Below, piece by piece: positions 1 through 11,619 of a stretch of DNA of 64,000 nt. This DNA comes from Lama glama. Its lineage: Eukaryota. The notes under the pieces were generated by a model. That model had not been told where the DNA came from. It was given only the letters and a program-made list of their open reading frames with translations, and did no database searches. Within the stretch, counting starts at the first letter, position 1; the number at the start of each line of letters is the position of its first letter. The translations under genes were made by a program, and so were the position numbers. The stretch spans positions 27,530,001-27,594,000 of the forward strand of contig CM052816.1 of the NCBI GenBank assembly GCA_028534125.1, given 5' to 3'.

Positions 1-1010
1 TGTGAAAAGATACAGATTTCAGGAGGTTTAAGTAAGTTCTCTTAGAAATCTGTTCATGTGTTTACACTCAGAGGCCTACACTATTTTTTTGGTTACTTTC
101 ATGAACTTAACCAAGTTCACACTAGGTGCTATACCATGCTTTAGAAAATCTAGGGCTTATTTTTAAAAGATTAGGTACATAAAATCTCAGAAGTGTGTAC
201 AATCTTCTTGAATAGTTGCCATCTTCCTGAGAGCCATCAGTATCAAAACAACAGGCAAGGTTTTCCATGTGGTCACTGGCTGCCTGAGCCATTCCTTGGC
301 AGGAGTGCTCAAGACCAGCTAAGCCTCAGGGAAAATACCCAGCAGATTGACAGACGACAGATTTCTGGGAGCTCCAAGCCATCTCAGACTAATCCCTGCC
401 TCTGGTTCCATCCCTCTCCCATGGGTTGTAGCAGCGAGACCCCAGCCTGATCTATGTTTGAAAGAGTCTGTGTCAGGGGCTGCACTGTGGGTCCGAGTGC
501 TTGCATGTCTTAGCAGATGTAGGAGCCAGCCTTTCCTGTGTGTCTCTCTACCTCCTTGTGGACCTAGATGAAGCCCACGGGCTGCTTAATTGCTGGGAAT
601 GGTGGGATCTTGCATTCTCTCTGACCACTCAGTCCATTTGTTCTTTTAAATGAGCTATTTCAGTGGCTTAGGGGAGGGAATTCACCACATTAAGTCCTGC
701 TGTACCTCTGCCTCACCCCAGCTCTATCGTCTACACTGGGGTTGCCCCCGGGGTGGGAAAGAGAGCTGGCTACGAGGACAAATTTCCAAGTCACCTTAGT
801 GGCAGGGCTCTCTTTGTCTTCTCATCCTCCTTCCATCCTGGCCTGCTCACTTCTGAGGTCTCTGACCTCTGAAGTCCCAACCACCCTGCCAGTCTTCATC
901 CTTTCTGTCAGTCAGCATGGTAGAGCTGTCCAACCTCTGCTTCTGCACTTACTGCCTGTGTGACATTGGCAATGACTTCACCTCTCTGAATCATTTATGC
1001 AATATACAAA

Positions 1011-1147
1011 TGACATGTGACACTGTGCAAGTTTAAGGTGTACAGCATATGAAATCAACATGTTGTACACCTTAAACTTGCACAATGTTACTTGTCAATT
1101 ATTTCCCAATAAAAATAATAACTAAATAAATAATAAAAAAAATAAAA
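1011..1147. mobile_element. Two opposed short L1 3'-end fragments forming an inverted repeat, followed by an A-rich tail
   Basis: The right arm 'tgttgtacaccttaaacttgcacaatgttacttgtcaattatttcccaataaaa' plus A-rich tail resembles an L1M 3' terminus. The left arm 1011-1048 is the reverse complement of 1060-1097 with 4 mismatches. Confidence 0.7.
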
Positions 1148-1249
1148 CAACGTCTAACTCTGAGGAAGCAATTTGAAAGGCACTGATAAATTGCTGGACT
1201 GTGAGGGGCACAAGGTAGAACTGTTAAGATGTTATCTTTGAGAATCTTC

Positions 1250-2340
1250 TCAAGAAAGCAACATAACATAGTTGTTGAAATGGGAACTTTTGTTATCTAG
1301 AAAAGAAAGGAAAGTGGGATCCCACTCTCACTTTTTACACCAAAAAGACTTCCATATTTTAAAATACAGCTCTAGAAATGATCTAAGAACTGAAAATAAG
1401 ATTCTGCCTAGAATAATAGTACTGTAAAAAAATGAGGATACTGGTAACACAGAAGAAAATAAAGCTTATTTCATTAATCTATAATTAACTACCATAAATC
1501 AAATTGAAAGGACTAACAACTCAGGAGATAAAGGTTATAAACACTTAACACGACTGGAAATACAAATTACTTTTAGACTTATGAAAAGACGTTCAAAATC
1601 ATTCATAATAGAAGAAATTCAAATTAAACCTATAAGAAAAATTACCATTTCTATTCATCAGATTGATTAAGATCAAAATGCTTGACTACACCCTGAGTTG
1701 AGTAGGATACTACAAGAAAATAGGTGCTTTCATATACTGCTGACAGGAGTGAAAATCTTCCTCTTGGCAGGAGGAAGTCATCCTTTTGGAAGGCAATTTG
1801 ACAGTGACTAACAAATTAAAAACACACATACCCTTTTATTCAAAAACCCTCTTTTCAGTACTATATCCTGCATATATATTCAAATATAAGCAAAAAGCTA
1901 TCTATACAAGGATACTCATTGCAGCATTTTTTAAATAAAAGCAAAATATTGGAAAGAACTTTAAGATGAGTAAGTTAAGGATCGTTACACAAATAAAGCT
2001 CTATATAGACAATAAGTACTGTGTAGATATTAGCAAAACCAGTAAGGCCACACTGCTTGTACTAATATGCAATGGTCACCATGATAGGTACATGGATATA
2101 TATTTTTTAAAGCATAAAACAATCTTATGATACTATCTTTTTGTGTTTTTAGGATAAATATTTGTGTATACTTGTATACCTATGTACATATATACGTAAA
2201 GTATACGCAAGAAATTGCTAACAGTTACCCCAGGTAAATTGGTATCGAAGAGGCAGAGGTGAAAGGGAAATTTATTTTTCACTACAGATTCCTTAACTGC
2301 ACCTTTTAAATTTTACAGCATGTACATGATTTACTTACTT
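1250..2340 (+). mobile_element. Old degenerate L1M fragment (ORF2 end/3'UTR)
   Basis: A-rich sequence with eroded L1 motifs such as 'tttcatatactgctgacaggagtg', 'ttttggaaggcaatttgacag' and 'tatacaaggatactcattgcagcat'. Boundaries approximate. Confidence 0.55.
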
Positions 2341-5300
2341 TGTTTTCTTTGAGAGTAGGGGCTTTGTGGTCAAACAGCTCTGTATGAAGTCCCATTTCTA
2401 CCACTTCACACAGATTACTTAATCTCTCATTTTTACAATGAGGATAATACCCTAAGTAGAAAGTGTTTGCCACTTTTAAAAGAGCAAATTTTAAACAACA
2501 GCAATGATTTGCTTGCGGTAGATTTTCAGGGTTTATGAAGGTATAAGGGATACATGGGGCAATGGCTTCCTAGATGACATGGCAGTTGTTGTTTTGGTAT
2601 CCAGAATTCCCTTCCCTTCTTCTGGCAAGCATATTCAGATATTCCTTTGGAAAACTACTATCTGACCTCTTCTCAAACCATTTGTTTTGTGTGGACTTGA
2701 TGCCTGATTACTGAGGGTTGACATGGAACTTAGTCCTGGCCAATGAGAGCTTTATAACCCTAGTCTTAGTAAGGTAGAAGCAAGTTTGGCAAGACTGTGG
2801 TCAGCATACCATGAACAGTGCTATTCCCAACTGCACCTCTTCCTGTCCAGACCCATATATACACTAGTCACTGGTTGAGAACAGATTTCATCTTCTATGT
2901 GGACCCCAATTTACAAGGAGTTCACTTCTAGCTAGCATCACAAGTACTGTCTTCAATAAGCCATATCACTCTTCTATGAGGCCAGCTTTTTCTGTACAAT
3001 GAGGCTCTTGTGAGAATCAGCATATTCCTTTAGTTCTTTTAAGTAAAAATTTTGCAGTGTTTTGAAGAGCAACGTATTTTCCTTTCATGTATGGCTTTGT
3101 AACTGGGTTTCTGTGATATCAGATTCTACTTATAGGTCTGGAAGAAATGCTTTAAGTGGTATGGAACATTAGTATCCCCAGGTAAGGTGACAACTTCAAC
3201 AAAGGTCGCCACAGCTTTTTAAAGCAAGGAAAGATCAGAACACAGGACAGAGGGGCAATATTTGCTGTCACTTGAAAGTCAGTGGGCTTAGTTTTGAGGT
3301 AAGCAGAATTTTCCAAATCCTTCCAAGGATCATCTCACCAAATCCCAGCATCTTACTCTTTCCCAAGATATGTATGCATTTTCCTGTAAGAAACCTGGCA
3401 AATCTTTGAATTCAACCTATGTTGTAATTTAACAAGCCATAGCGTCAGACTCCGATTTCTGGCAACCAACAGCCACAAGAAAGAGGATTCTTTTAAAGCT
3501 AAAAATTCCCTAGTTCTCTAACCACATGGAGTGGATAATTTAAAGCCTTGAATTCTTTATTTCTCTTTTTAATCTTTCCACTGCAGTCTGCAGCAGCCAG
3601 TTTATCTCTATCCATATGTCTTCATACTGTGCCAGCTTATCACTCAGTTATCAAAGCTATGTTCTCTAGGCACTTCAGCGCAGGTGAATACAGGTAACGA
3701 TTTATGTAACTATTTCACCACTAGCCACCATAGATTACTATTATTCCATTATTTGATGGTAGGCCAATCCTCACTTCCCTCAAACCCAAGTAGGTTAAGT
3801 ATATAACCCACTGTCTCAAACACTATTATCAATCAAGATTTGGTCACAGATAACAGAAAATACTCTAGTTCAAGCAGGAAGTAATTTAACTCAAGAATTA
3901 GGTCCTTTTAAAAATCATCGAGAGAGATGGAGAATTGGAGTCCAGAAATAATTTCAGAATGATTCTGGCCCACTAAGGGAGCTGCTACCTTGACCACATT
4001 GAGGGAAGCTGGATATCTGGAAGCTGTCCCTGGAAACGTTACTCTCAGAACAGTTAACATAGCTGTATGTGTAGTTGTTAGATCTAGAGCCATCCTGCCC
4101 CTCCTAGGCTCAGTACTAGACCCTAGCCCTGCAAAGCTGCTGAAGAGATGTGGGGGACTCCTCGGCAGCAGGGAATCAATCCTAATTCCTGCACAGTTCA
4201 TACTTACCAGCAAAATCAGCAGAAACCAAACAAGTGGAACCTCCGCTTTAACCTAAGTTTCCAATTTTGTGCATCCCATCTGACTGTAGAACCTAATCCT
4301 TTACCCTTAACTTCAGCAGACCTTGAGAGGTGTAGATTTTAGCTTTTCTACCCCTGCAGTTCAGGAAGTCACACAAGGGGGGCCACATTCCCCATAAAAT
4401 CCCAAAGCAAATTTCTAGCAAGTTTGAAACAGGTGACCTCACTTATTCTTGGATTCGTAATAAATGTGGTTCTTGGATGCTTCATATTTACAAAATGTTA
4501 ATGAGCTACATCCCGAGTCTAAAATCAGCTGAAGCACAATGTTTCCCCAGCTAACTTCCAGTGAGTTGGGACTCTACTGCTTTTTGAACTTCCCTCTCTG
4601 TGTGGTCAAGGACTGAATTCTAAGCAAAGCCAATTAACTTCTAGGGATGTGTGAACTGAAAGGTTCTATAAATGACCTTTTGAACAATGTTTAAATTCAT
4701 TTAAAGAAGTTTTGGGGTGAAGTTTCCTGTGTCTCAGCAGAAGGGGTAGGTTAATTTTTCAGATACTATAGGTATAACAGAGGAATATTACCTCCTTGAC
4801 TAGCTTTTTAACCTGTCTCTTAGAAAATATAGTGATCTTTTTATTCACATTAACTGACAAAGAAGGCAAATTATACCCTGAAAACGTACAGTGATTTTCT
4901 GAAATAATGAATTTTTAAGTGACTTACATGCAAGGGAAAAACAGAACGGGTGAGAGCCGTGAGGCGCACGAGTCCTGTACAGCAGCAGGCCCGCTGCAAA
5001 CGGAGCCACATGTGTGCCAATTCTCAGGTGAGATCCGCACAACTGCATCTCATGGTTTAGCATTTTTAACACAGGAACAAATCAAAGAGGAGAAAAACTT
5101 CACACTTTTTAATTGTTTGTGTTAATGGTTTGAGTTTTAAAAGTAAATATTAATTATGTACAAATATGGTCAGTGAACTGAAATAAAAAGGGAGAGGAAA
5201 CTAAAGATATGTTAATCACCTTTAGGACCTAATAAATGTGCAGCAGTGAAAAGCTATTCAAAATTTAAAATTGTTCCTTAATTGTTCTCTGCACATCCAT

Positions 5301-8300
5301 AACAAATACTTCACAGATAAAAGTTTTTGAATTAACTTTTGCACTTTAGGGTGTACCATTTGCAATTTATTTGCTTACATTTATATTCTAAATTTCTATA
5401 AATTCGTTTTACACCTTGCCAACTGGAATAGAACAACAAGGAAATTCAGTTTCAACTCACATTCCGTGAGAGAAGAATGTCAAAGTCTGGATCTGGACAT
5501 CGTGGCTGGGAACCATGCTTTCTGTGTTGCTTGGCTGAACAGTGAGGTAGTGTCCTCTGGTCCCTAGTTTGCTCCAGCTCCTCAAACTTTGTGGTTGTTT
5601 CCAGTCTACATGTATTCTTAAGTAATTGAACTCCCTCTTCTTAACATGACCTAAGTGTGGTCTTTGTACTTATATATCACAAAGAGTTTAATTTAGTAAA
5701 CAGGTTACTATGGTATAAAAAACAAAAAAGTCAAAAAGAGTAGAAAAAAGAAGCAATCTGTTAAGAGAAGAGGGGAGCCAATAGCACAGGTTAATGAAAT
5801 TCAGTGTTCGATTTGAAGAAAACATACACCATGTGTTTCTTGGATCTGCTGAGCAAATCCATCGATAAATCTTTTCTTCCAGCATATGGGCTTGAACTAA
5901 CCCACCAAATTTCCAACAGACTAATGTCTCCACCCAGCTACTCATTCCAGAGTTATAGTTATTGAGTCAAATGCCTTGGCCATTCTAAGAAAATTCCACA
6001 AGTAACAATTACTGTACTTGGCCGGAAGCCTTGTAATACCCAGCTAGAACTTAATTTTTTTGTTGATTTAAAAATACATTTTTAAAATATTTTTCAGATT
6101 TATTGCTACTTAGGAAAGTGTATTATCAAAATATAAAGTGAAGAAAGAGCTAAAAGAAGTAACTCAGGCTAATAAATACATATATTCCAAATCAATATAC
6201 TATTTAATTGTAACCTAAACATAATTCAGTCCCTGTCCCCAAATGGCCTTTTCTCAAATAGTAAATAAAAGCATTTGGAATCTTTGCTAAGTCTCTTGGT
6301 GGGGGAAAATGCCTAAAAATGGATGGTGTGTTCTTAATACAAGCCACATGATTTAACTTTTTTTTTTTTTGAGCATTTTCTTGCTTCTCATCCTTTTAGA
6401 ATTTTCAACTTAGTCCTTGAACATGGTCCTCCCACTGCCACCCTTTCTCTCTCATCTTCTTCCTTTCAGAGGAGAGACCCTCCTACCAGTCCCTCACCAG
6501 CAGCTCTGTCTGGCTGCCTACAGAGACTTTCCCTGCTGCATGCAGCCCTCTGTCAAGTTTATTCTCACCCTGTGCTTTGATTGCTTTTCTCATAAGAATG
6601 TTCCCATCACTCAAATTCTGCAGAGAAAACAAGATCCAACCAATATGACTTTATTTTTTCTCTTTCGAAGAAAACAAAGGGGTGAAGGAGGCTCTGGATA
6701 CTTGCAAAGTAATTCTACTTTTCTGTTACCCTTTCCCCTATCAGATCTTTTTGCACCACGACCAAGAGGAGAATGCCATATGTGTTTGTAGGACTCACCA
6801 CCACCACTTGTCACACTCCAACATGCTTTTCTCCTTCTTCACTCAAGTCAGACAGGCTTCCCATCAGGCACTGGAAAGTGTATCATACCAGTATCTGCCT
6901 AAGCTTATCCTAGAAAATCAGAAAGGAAATGAATCAGCGTTAGGATTTTTAATGTCCATCTACTCACCCACCTGGGATCCTTGTTTTCATAACATGAGGA
7001 TAAAGGTAATTTTACAGAATTCTATTATAGGCAGTTGACTGCTAAATGACCTGCACTGACATAACTGAAGCTGAGTAACAGAGTTTTGGGGAATCAGAAG
7101 TGGCCTAGAAAAACTTCCCTCCTATCCTGGTTACTATAAAGTGTAGAGAGCTAGCCAGCTGAAAAATCACACTGTGGGAGTTAAATAAAGAGGGACACTC
7201 CCCCAACTTAGCTCTCCCCTGGCAAGACAGAGGCTCCTTAGGGCAGAAACCTCACTTTAGAGTATCCCACTTCAAGAGGCTGAGTCAGCCTTGCCTCATC
7301 CCTTCCTCCTCAAGTCTTCTGCAGATCTGGGGTTTAGGTTCATTCATCTGTAATTCTCCTGAATGGCATCTGTATCAATCAAGTGGTCCACCTCAGCCAC
7401 AAAAATTTGAGGGGATTATGGGGCACCATAATAAAGTTAAAGCCTATTTAAGGTCTTCTCAAGTCTAAGACTAATCATTCTTCATGATCAATCATTTCCT
7501 CAGGAACCTGATCCAAGGAAATGATCAAGCCTGTATTGATTCGGAGCCTGTATCACACTTTATTGTTCCCTAGAGGATGACGCATTTTAGTGGTTTTCTG
7601 TAGGAATGCAGAAGCAGAGTTTTTACCCACTCACAGTTATGAAATTGACATATGAATTCCGGAAACTCTCTCTCCTGCTGTACACTCATTCTGGAGCAGC
7701 GAGAAAAGTCCACTACGGAAAGGAAAATACTGTGTGGTTTTGAGCCCATTAGACCTATAGACAATATTTTTCTGTCTCCAGGGAGGTCTACTAAAGCAGT
7801 TTTAAGTCATTTGCTAACCACACCTAAAATTCCATTTCTTGGGTTCCTGGTCAGACACCTCCCATGAATTTCTCAAATTCCTAGTAGCAAGTAGCCTGTA
7901 CAGTAAATCCAGAAACTGATTTCAAGTCTCCCAGCAGAAGCCATGTTTTGAAGATGTGAGGTTTTTGGAAGATGATTAGAGACATTAAACTAATAAGGAC
8001 ATGTCTACTATAATGATTTTTTTTAAGGAATTATTACAAAAATTGAGAAAAATTCCAAGAAATTGAGAGTCTTTTGAGAATGGATTATAAATCAAGCTCA
8101 CAGATACCCGCAATACAATGCTGCATAGATCTAGTTCCACTTTTAAAGCATTCAGTTCCCAAAATTGACATTTTGCTTCAGTACACCTCCACAACATTTC
8201 ACTGCCTTTTAGTATGAGTCTAAAAACCACTGGCACTTGTTCATAGACCACTTCCTCCTTTATATCTATTCTGTTAATAGTCTGGCAGGCATGGGGTAAG

Positions 8301-9839
8301 CGTTTAGTTCTAGCCATCATTATACACTAGTCTCAAGATCACAAAAAGTAGTCCTGAACATGTAACTCAAGTAGAACTTGGGCTCCATATTAGCCCAGCA
8401 GGATGTCAATTCAAAACAATGGTCAACCATCCTAACAGTAAATAAGCAATTAGAAACTTTACTCAGTCTCTGAGGAAAATGCCATAAGAGAGAGCACATA
8501 CTCAAGATACAGCCAGTTTTCTTTGAAAAATCTTTTCAGACATTGCACTTAGTCTCAATCTCTAGTCAATGTGAAATAAACATTGAATATTTATGATAGA
8601 ACTCCATTTTGTTACAAAGTGCAATGGCATAGCTACTCAGAAGTTGGAGTACCATCATGAAAGACTTATATTTTTGTTAAAGATGATTAAATATAATGTA
8701 GTATATTTAGCAGTAGCTTATTTAGTGGTCCTTTAGTATCACACAGAAAAAATGTATTACTTACTTCCAGAAATAATCAGCTTGGTAATATTCATTTATT
8801 TATAAGGAAATGAGTAAATTGTGTCAATTCTTCTCATTAATCACTTATTTATACAGCTGACTATTAGTACAGAGTTACAGCATAGTAAAAATGTATTGAG
8901 AAACAAAACAGCAACTTCTGTTTCTTATTCTTTGTAGAGGATATTTTTCTTTTGTAAATGCAACCCTTTAATAGAGACACATAGAGAAAAGCCTATTTAA
9001 TTGTGTACACAAGTGTCAATACAAGCAAGTCTGTTGCAGTAGTTTGTGAATTTCCTCTGTGGTTTGCTTGAAAGATCACTAAAGAATCATTTAGCACTTC
9101 TCACATGAAAATATCACTATTTGGATTGCAGCTGGAGCTGCTCTTAGCTGGTGCCTTGTTATTTCCAGGAACAAGTCACTGAATTTTTAAGAGCATTTTT
9201 TCAGTAATCATGCAAGCATTCTGCCCACCTAAACCTTGCAATTTAGTGTTAGATCACCTGAAAGTATTTCTTCTCTTCATCTTATTCACAATTAACCATG
9301 CAGTCATTGTTCAGAAGTCCAAACATCATTCTCAACAAAGTGCAGCTCATAAAATAACCAGAGGCCTAAGAAAATGCAAACCACCACTTTGTTAAATGAA
9401 TTAGTCAATTTACAAATGAAAATATAAATGTGATAACTCTAAAACTATTTAGTTTACCATAAAAATGCTTTGTTTACAATTAAGTTATCCTTACTCTTTT
9501 AAAATTAAAAAACAAGTAGATTTTAATACACGTAAATGTGAGGACCCTACTAAAGCCAGTTTGGTGTGATCAAGCATTTGGAAAGATTCCCCATTCACCT
9601 TTGCCAAGACCTTGTCATTTTAGTGAGATTAAGGTTCCAGGTGCTTCAGCCCAAGACCTCTCTGGAGCAGACACTCTGCTATTCTGGTTAAATTAAGCCC
9701 ATTTCTCTCCCAAGTGAGTAAAAAGTACCCATGCTGAGACAGCTGAAGTGACTTTTCATTTGGCACATTGATTCTGGGAGTGTAATACCTATTTGTTGAA
9801 ACTATGCTAAGTTAGGACAAAGTATTTTTATTATTACTA

Positions 9840-10740
9840 CTTATTAACATGTATTGAGAACAGATATTGTACTTGGTCCACACACAATATATAAAGGAAG
9901 TCATCATTCCTACAGATGGAAATAAAAAGCTTGGATGACTAAATTATTGATGAAATATATATCTTTTAAAAAGTTCAGTTGGGAAGACATTGAACACATA
10001 ATTACAGGTGAGGTCAGTTTTACAAAGAAATGCAGTATACTATGCATGTGCAAAAAAGGAGTTGATCTAGTGTTGGGGTTAAAGGAAAGTCTCTAGAAAG
10101 AAATGACATTTGAACTGAGACTTAAAGAATGAGATGAAGTTGGCTAGCTAAAGAGTAGAGGAAACAGTGATTCACACAAAAAAGACTTATGGGAGAGGGT
10201 ATGAATGACAGTTTGGTCTGGAAACAGCAATGAATAGTAGCAGTGCATAGGGGCTGTGGGAGGAGGGGGTGGTGGTGGCACTGAACCTGCAGAAGCTGGC
10301 AAGAGCAGAATCCCTTAGGCCATAGCAGGGATTTCCTACTTTACCCTAAGGACAGTGAGATTCTCCTAAATTGTTTTGATGACAGGAATGGCATGGTCAT
10401 ATGTGTTTCTAAAAATAATCACCCTGGCTGCAGTATGGAATAAGTGAGTGGTGGGAATGGTGAAATGTGGAGAAACTGATTAGGAGGCTGTTGCCTAAGA
10501 AAGAGCTAATTTCTGACTTTGTCAGGAGTGTTTGAAACTGAGATGGGGAGAAGTAGAAACGTAAAGGAGCTCCAATGGATCATATTTCAAAAAGGATTGG
10601 ATGTTGGGGCAAAGGACAGAGAGATGTGAGGGATGACTCCCAGGTTTCTGGACCAGTCAGCTGGGGTTATGGTTACTAAAATAAAGGACAATAAAAAAAA
10701 TTTTGCTGCAGATTAATAATCAGTTTTGGACATGTTATAT
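9840..10740 (-). mobile_element. L2 LINE fragment
   Basis: Typical antisense-L2 motifs: 'gacatttgaactgagacttaaagaatgag', 'aataatcaccctggctgcagtatggaa', 'gatgactcccaggtttctgg', 'agttttggacatgtt'. Boundaries approximate. Confidence 0.7.
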
Positions 10741-10766
10741 TGTATATTAAAAGTATTAGAATAGAC

Positions 10767-10788
10767 TATATATATATATATATATATA
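10767..10788. repeat. (TA)11 microsatellite
   Basis: Seen directly. Confidence 0.95.
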
Positions 10789-11204
10789 AATGTATTATTA
10801 ACATTAATTTAAAAATCATTTCCTTTTTATCCATGATTAAACAAACAACTTTCATATGTACAAACACTGCTCCTGACTCCTCTTATGCAATTCTTACTGA
10901 TTCTGTAATGGCTTAAATTTATTTAATAAGTAAATAATACTTTATACTTTCTTTTTGATTTTGATTTTTTAATGAATCACCATAATTAGTTGAGAAGTAT
11001 TAATATTTTATATTAAATAGCAAGTGATTATTTTTGGTAGTATTTGGTTATTCCCAATATTGTGAGTATGTGAAATAAATTATTCATGTTCTTCTCAATA
11101 GATTTCTTTTTTTTATGGTCAAAATTATGCTCCCCAATAAATAGATTCATAGACAGAATAACTAGGTTCCATATATGTTTTTGAGACAAGCTACAGTTAG
11201 TGTA

Positions 11205-11339
11205 TTTGCATGAGTGAGCCAGGTGAAAACAGAATAACCACTCAGCTGACTCAAAGGACTGTGAAATAATAGTACATACGCTATTTTAAGGCGTGAGGTT
11301 TTGAGGTGATTTGTGATATAGCAGCAGTTAACTGATACA
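11205..11339 (+). mobile_element. MLT1 (MaLR) LTR 3' fragment
   Basis: Ends in '...ttttgaggtgatttgtgatatagcagcagttaactgataca', resembling an MLT1 terminus. Confidence 0.55.
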
Positions 11340-11482
11340 GTACTATTTTTTCTTTACCTACTTTCAAAAATTGTTCATATACTAATCGTTCCTTGTGATG
11401 ATATAGAATCATTCCTTTTTCTTCTCTTATTTACATCCACCTGGTTTCTTCTGCAGTCTTTTTAGTCTCCTCCTTAAATCTT

Positions 11483-11560
11483 TTTTTTTTAACTTTTTTT
11501 TATTGAGTTATAGTCATTTTACAATGTGTCAAATTCCAGTGTAGAGCACAATTTTTTCAG
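11483..11560 (-). mobile_element. Very short young L1 3'-end insertion with 9-bp TSD
   Basis: Poly-T followed by 'tttattgagttatagtcattttacaatgtgtcaaattccagtgtagagcac', flanked by TTAAATCTT at 11474-11482 and 11561-11569. Confidence 0.8.
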
Positions 11561-11619
11561 TTAAATCTTAATTTAAAAAAGTTTTTAAGAGGATATAGTC
11601 AATTTATAAAATCAATCAT

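Noticed and set aside
3908..8505. Intergenic ORFs of 60-124 aa upstream of LOX
   Set aside because: No recognisable domains or exon structure, many start at non-ATG codons, and the lengths are compatible with chance.
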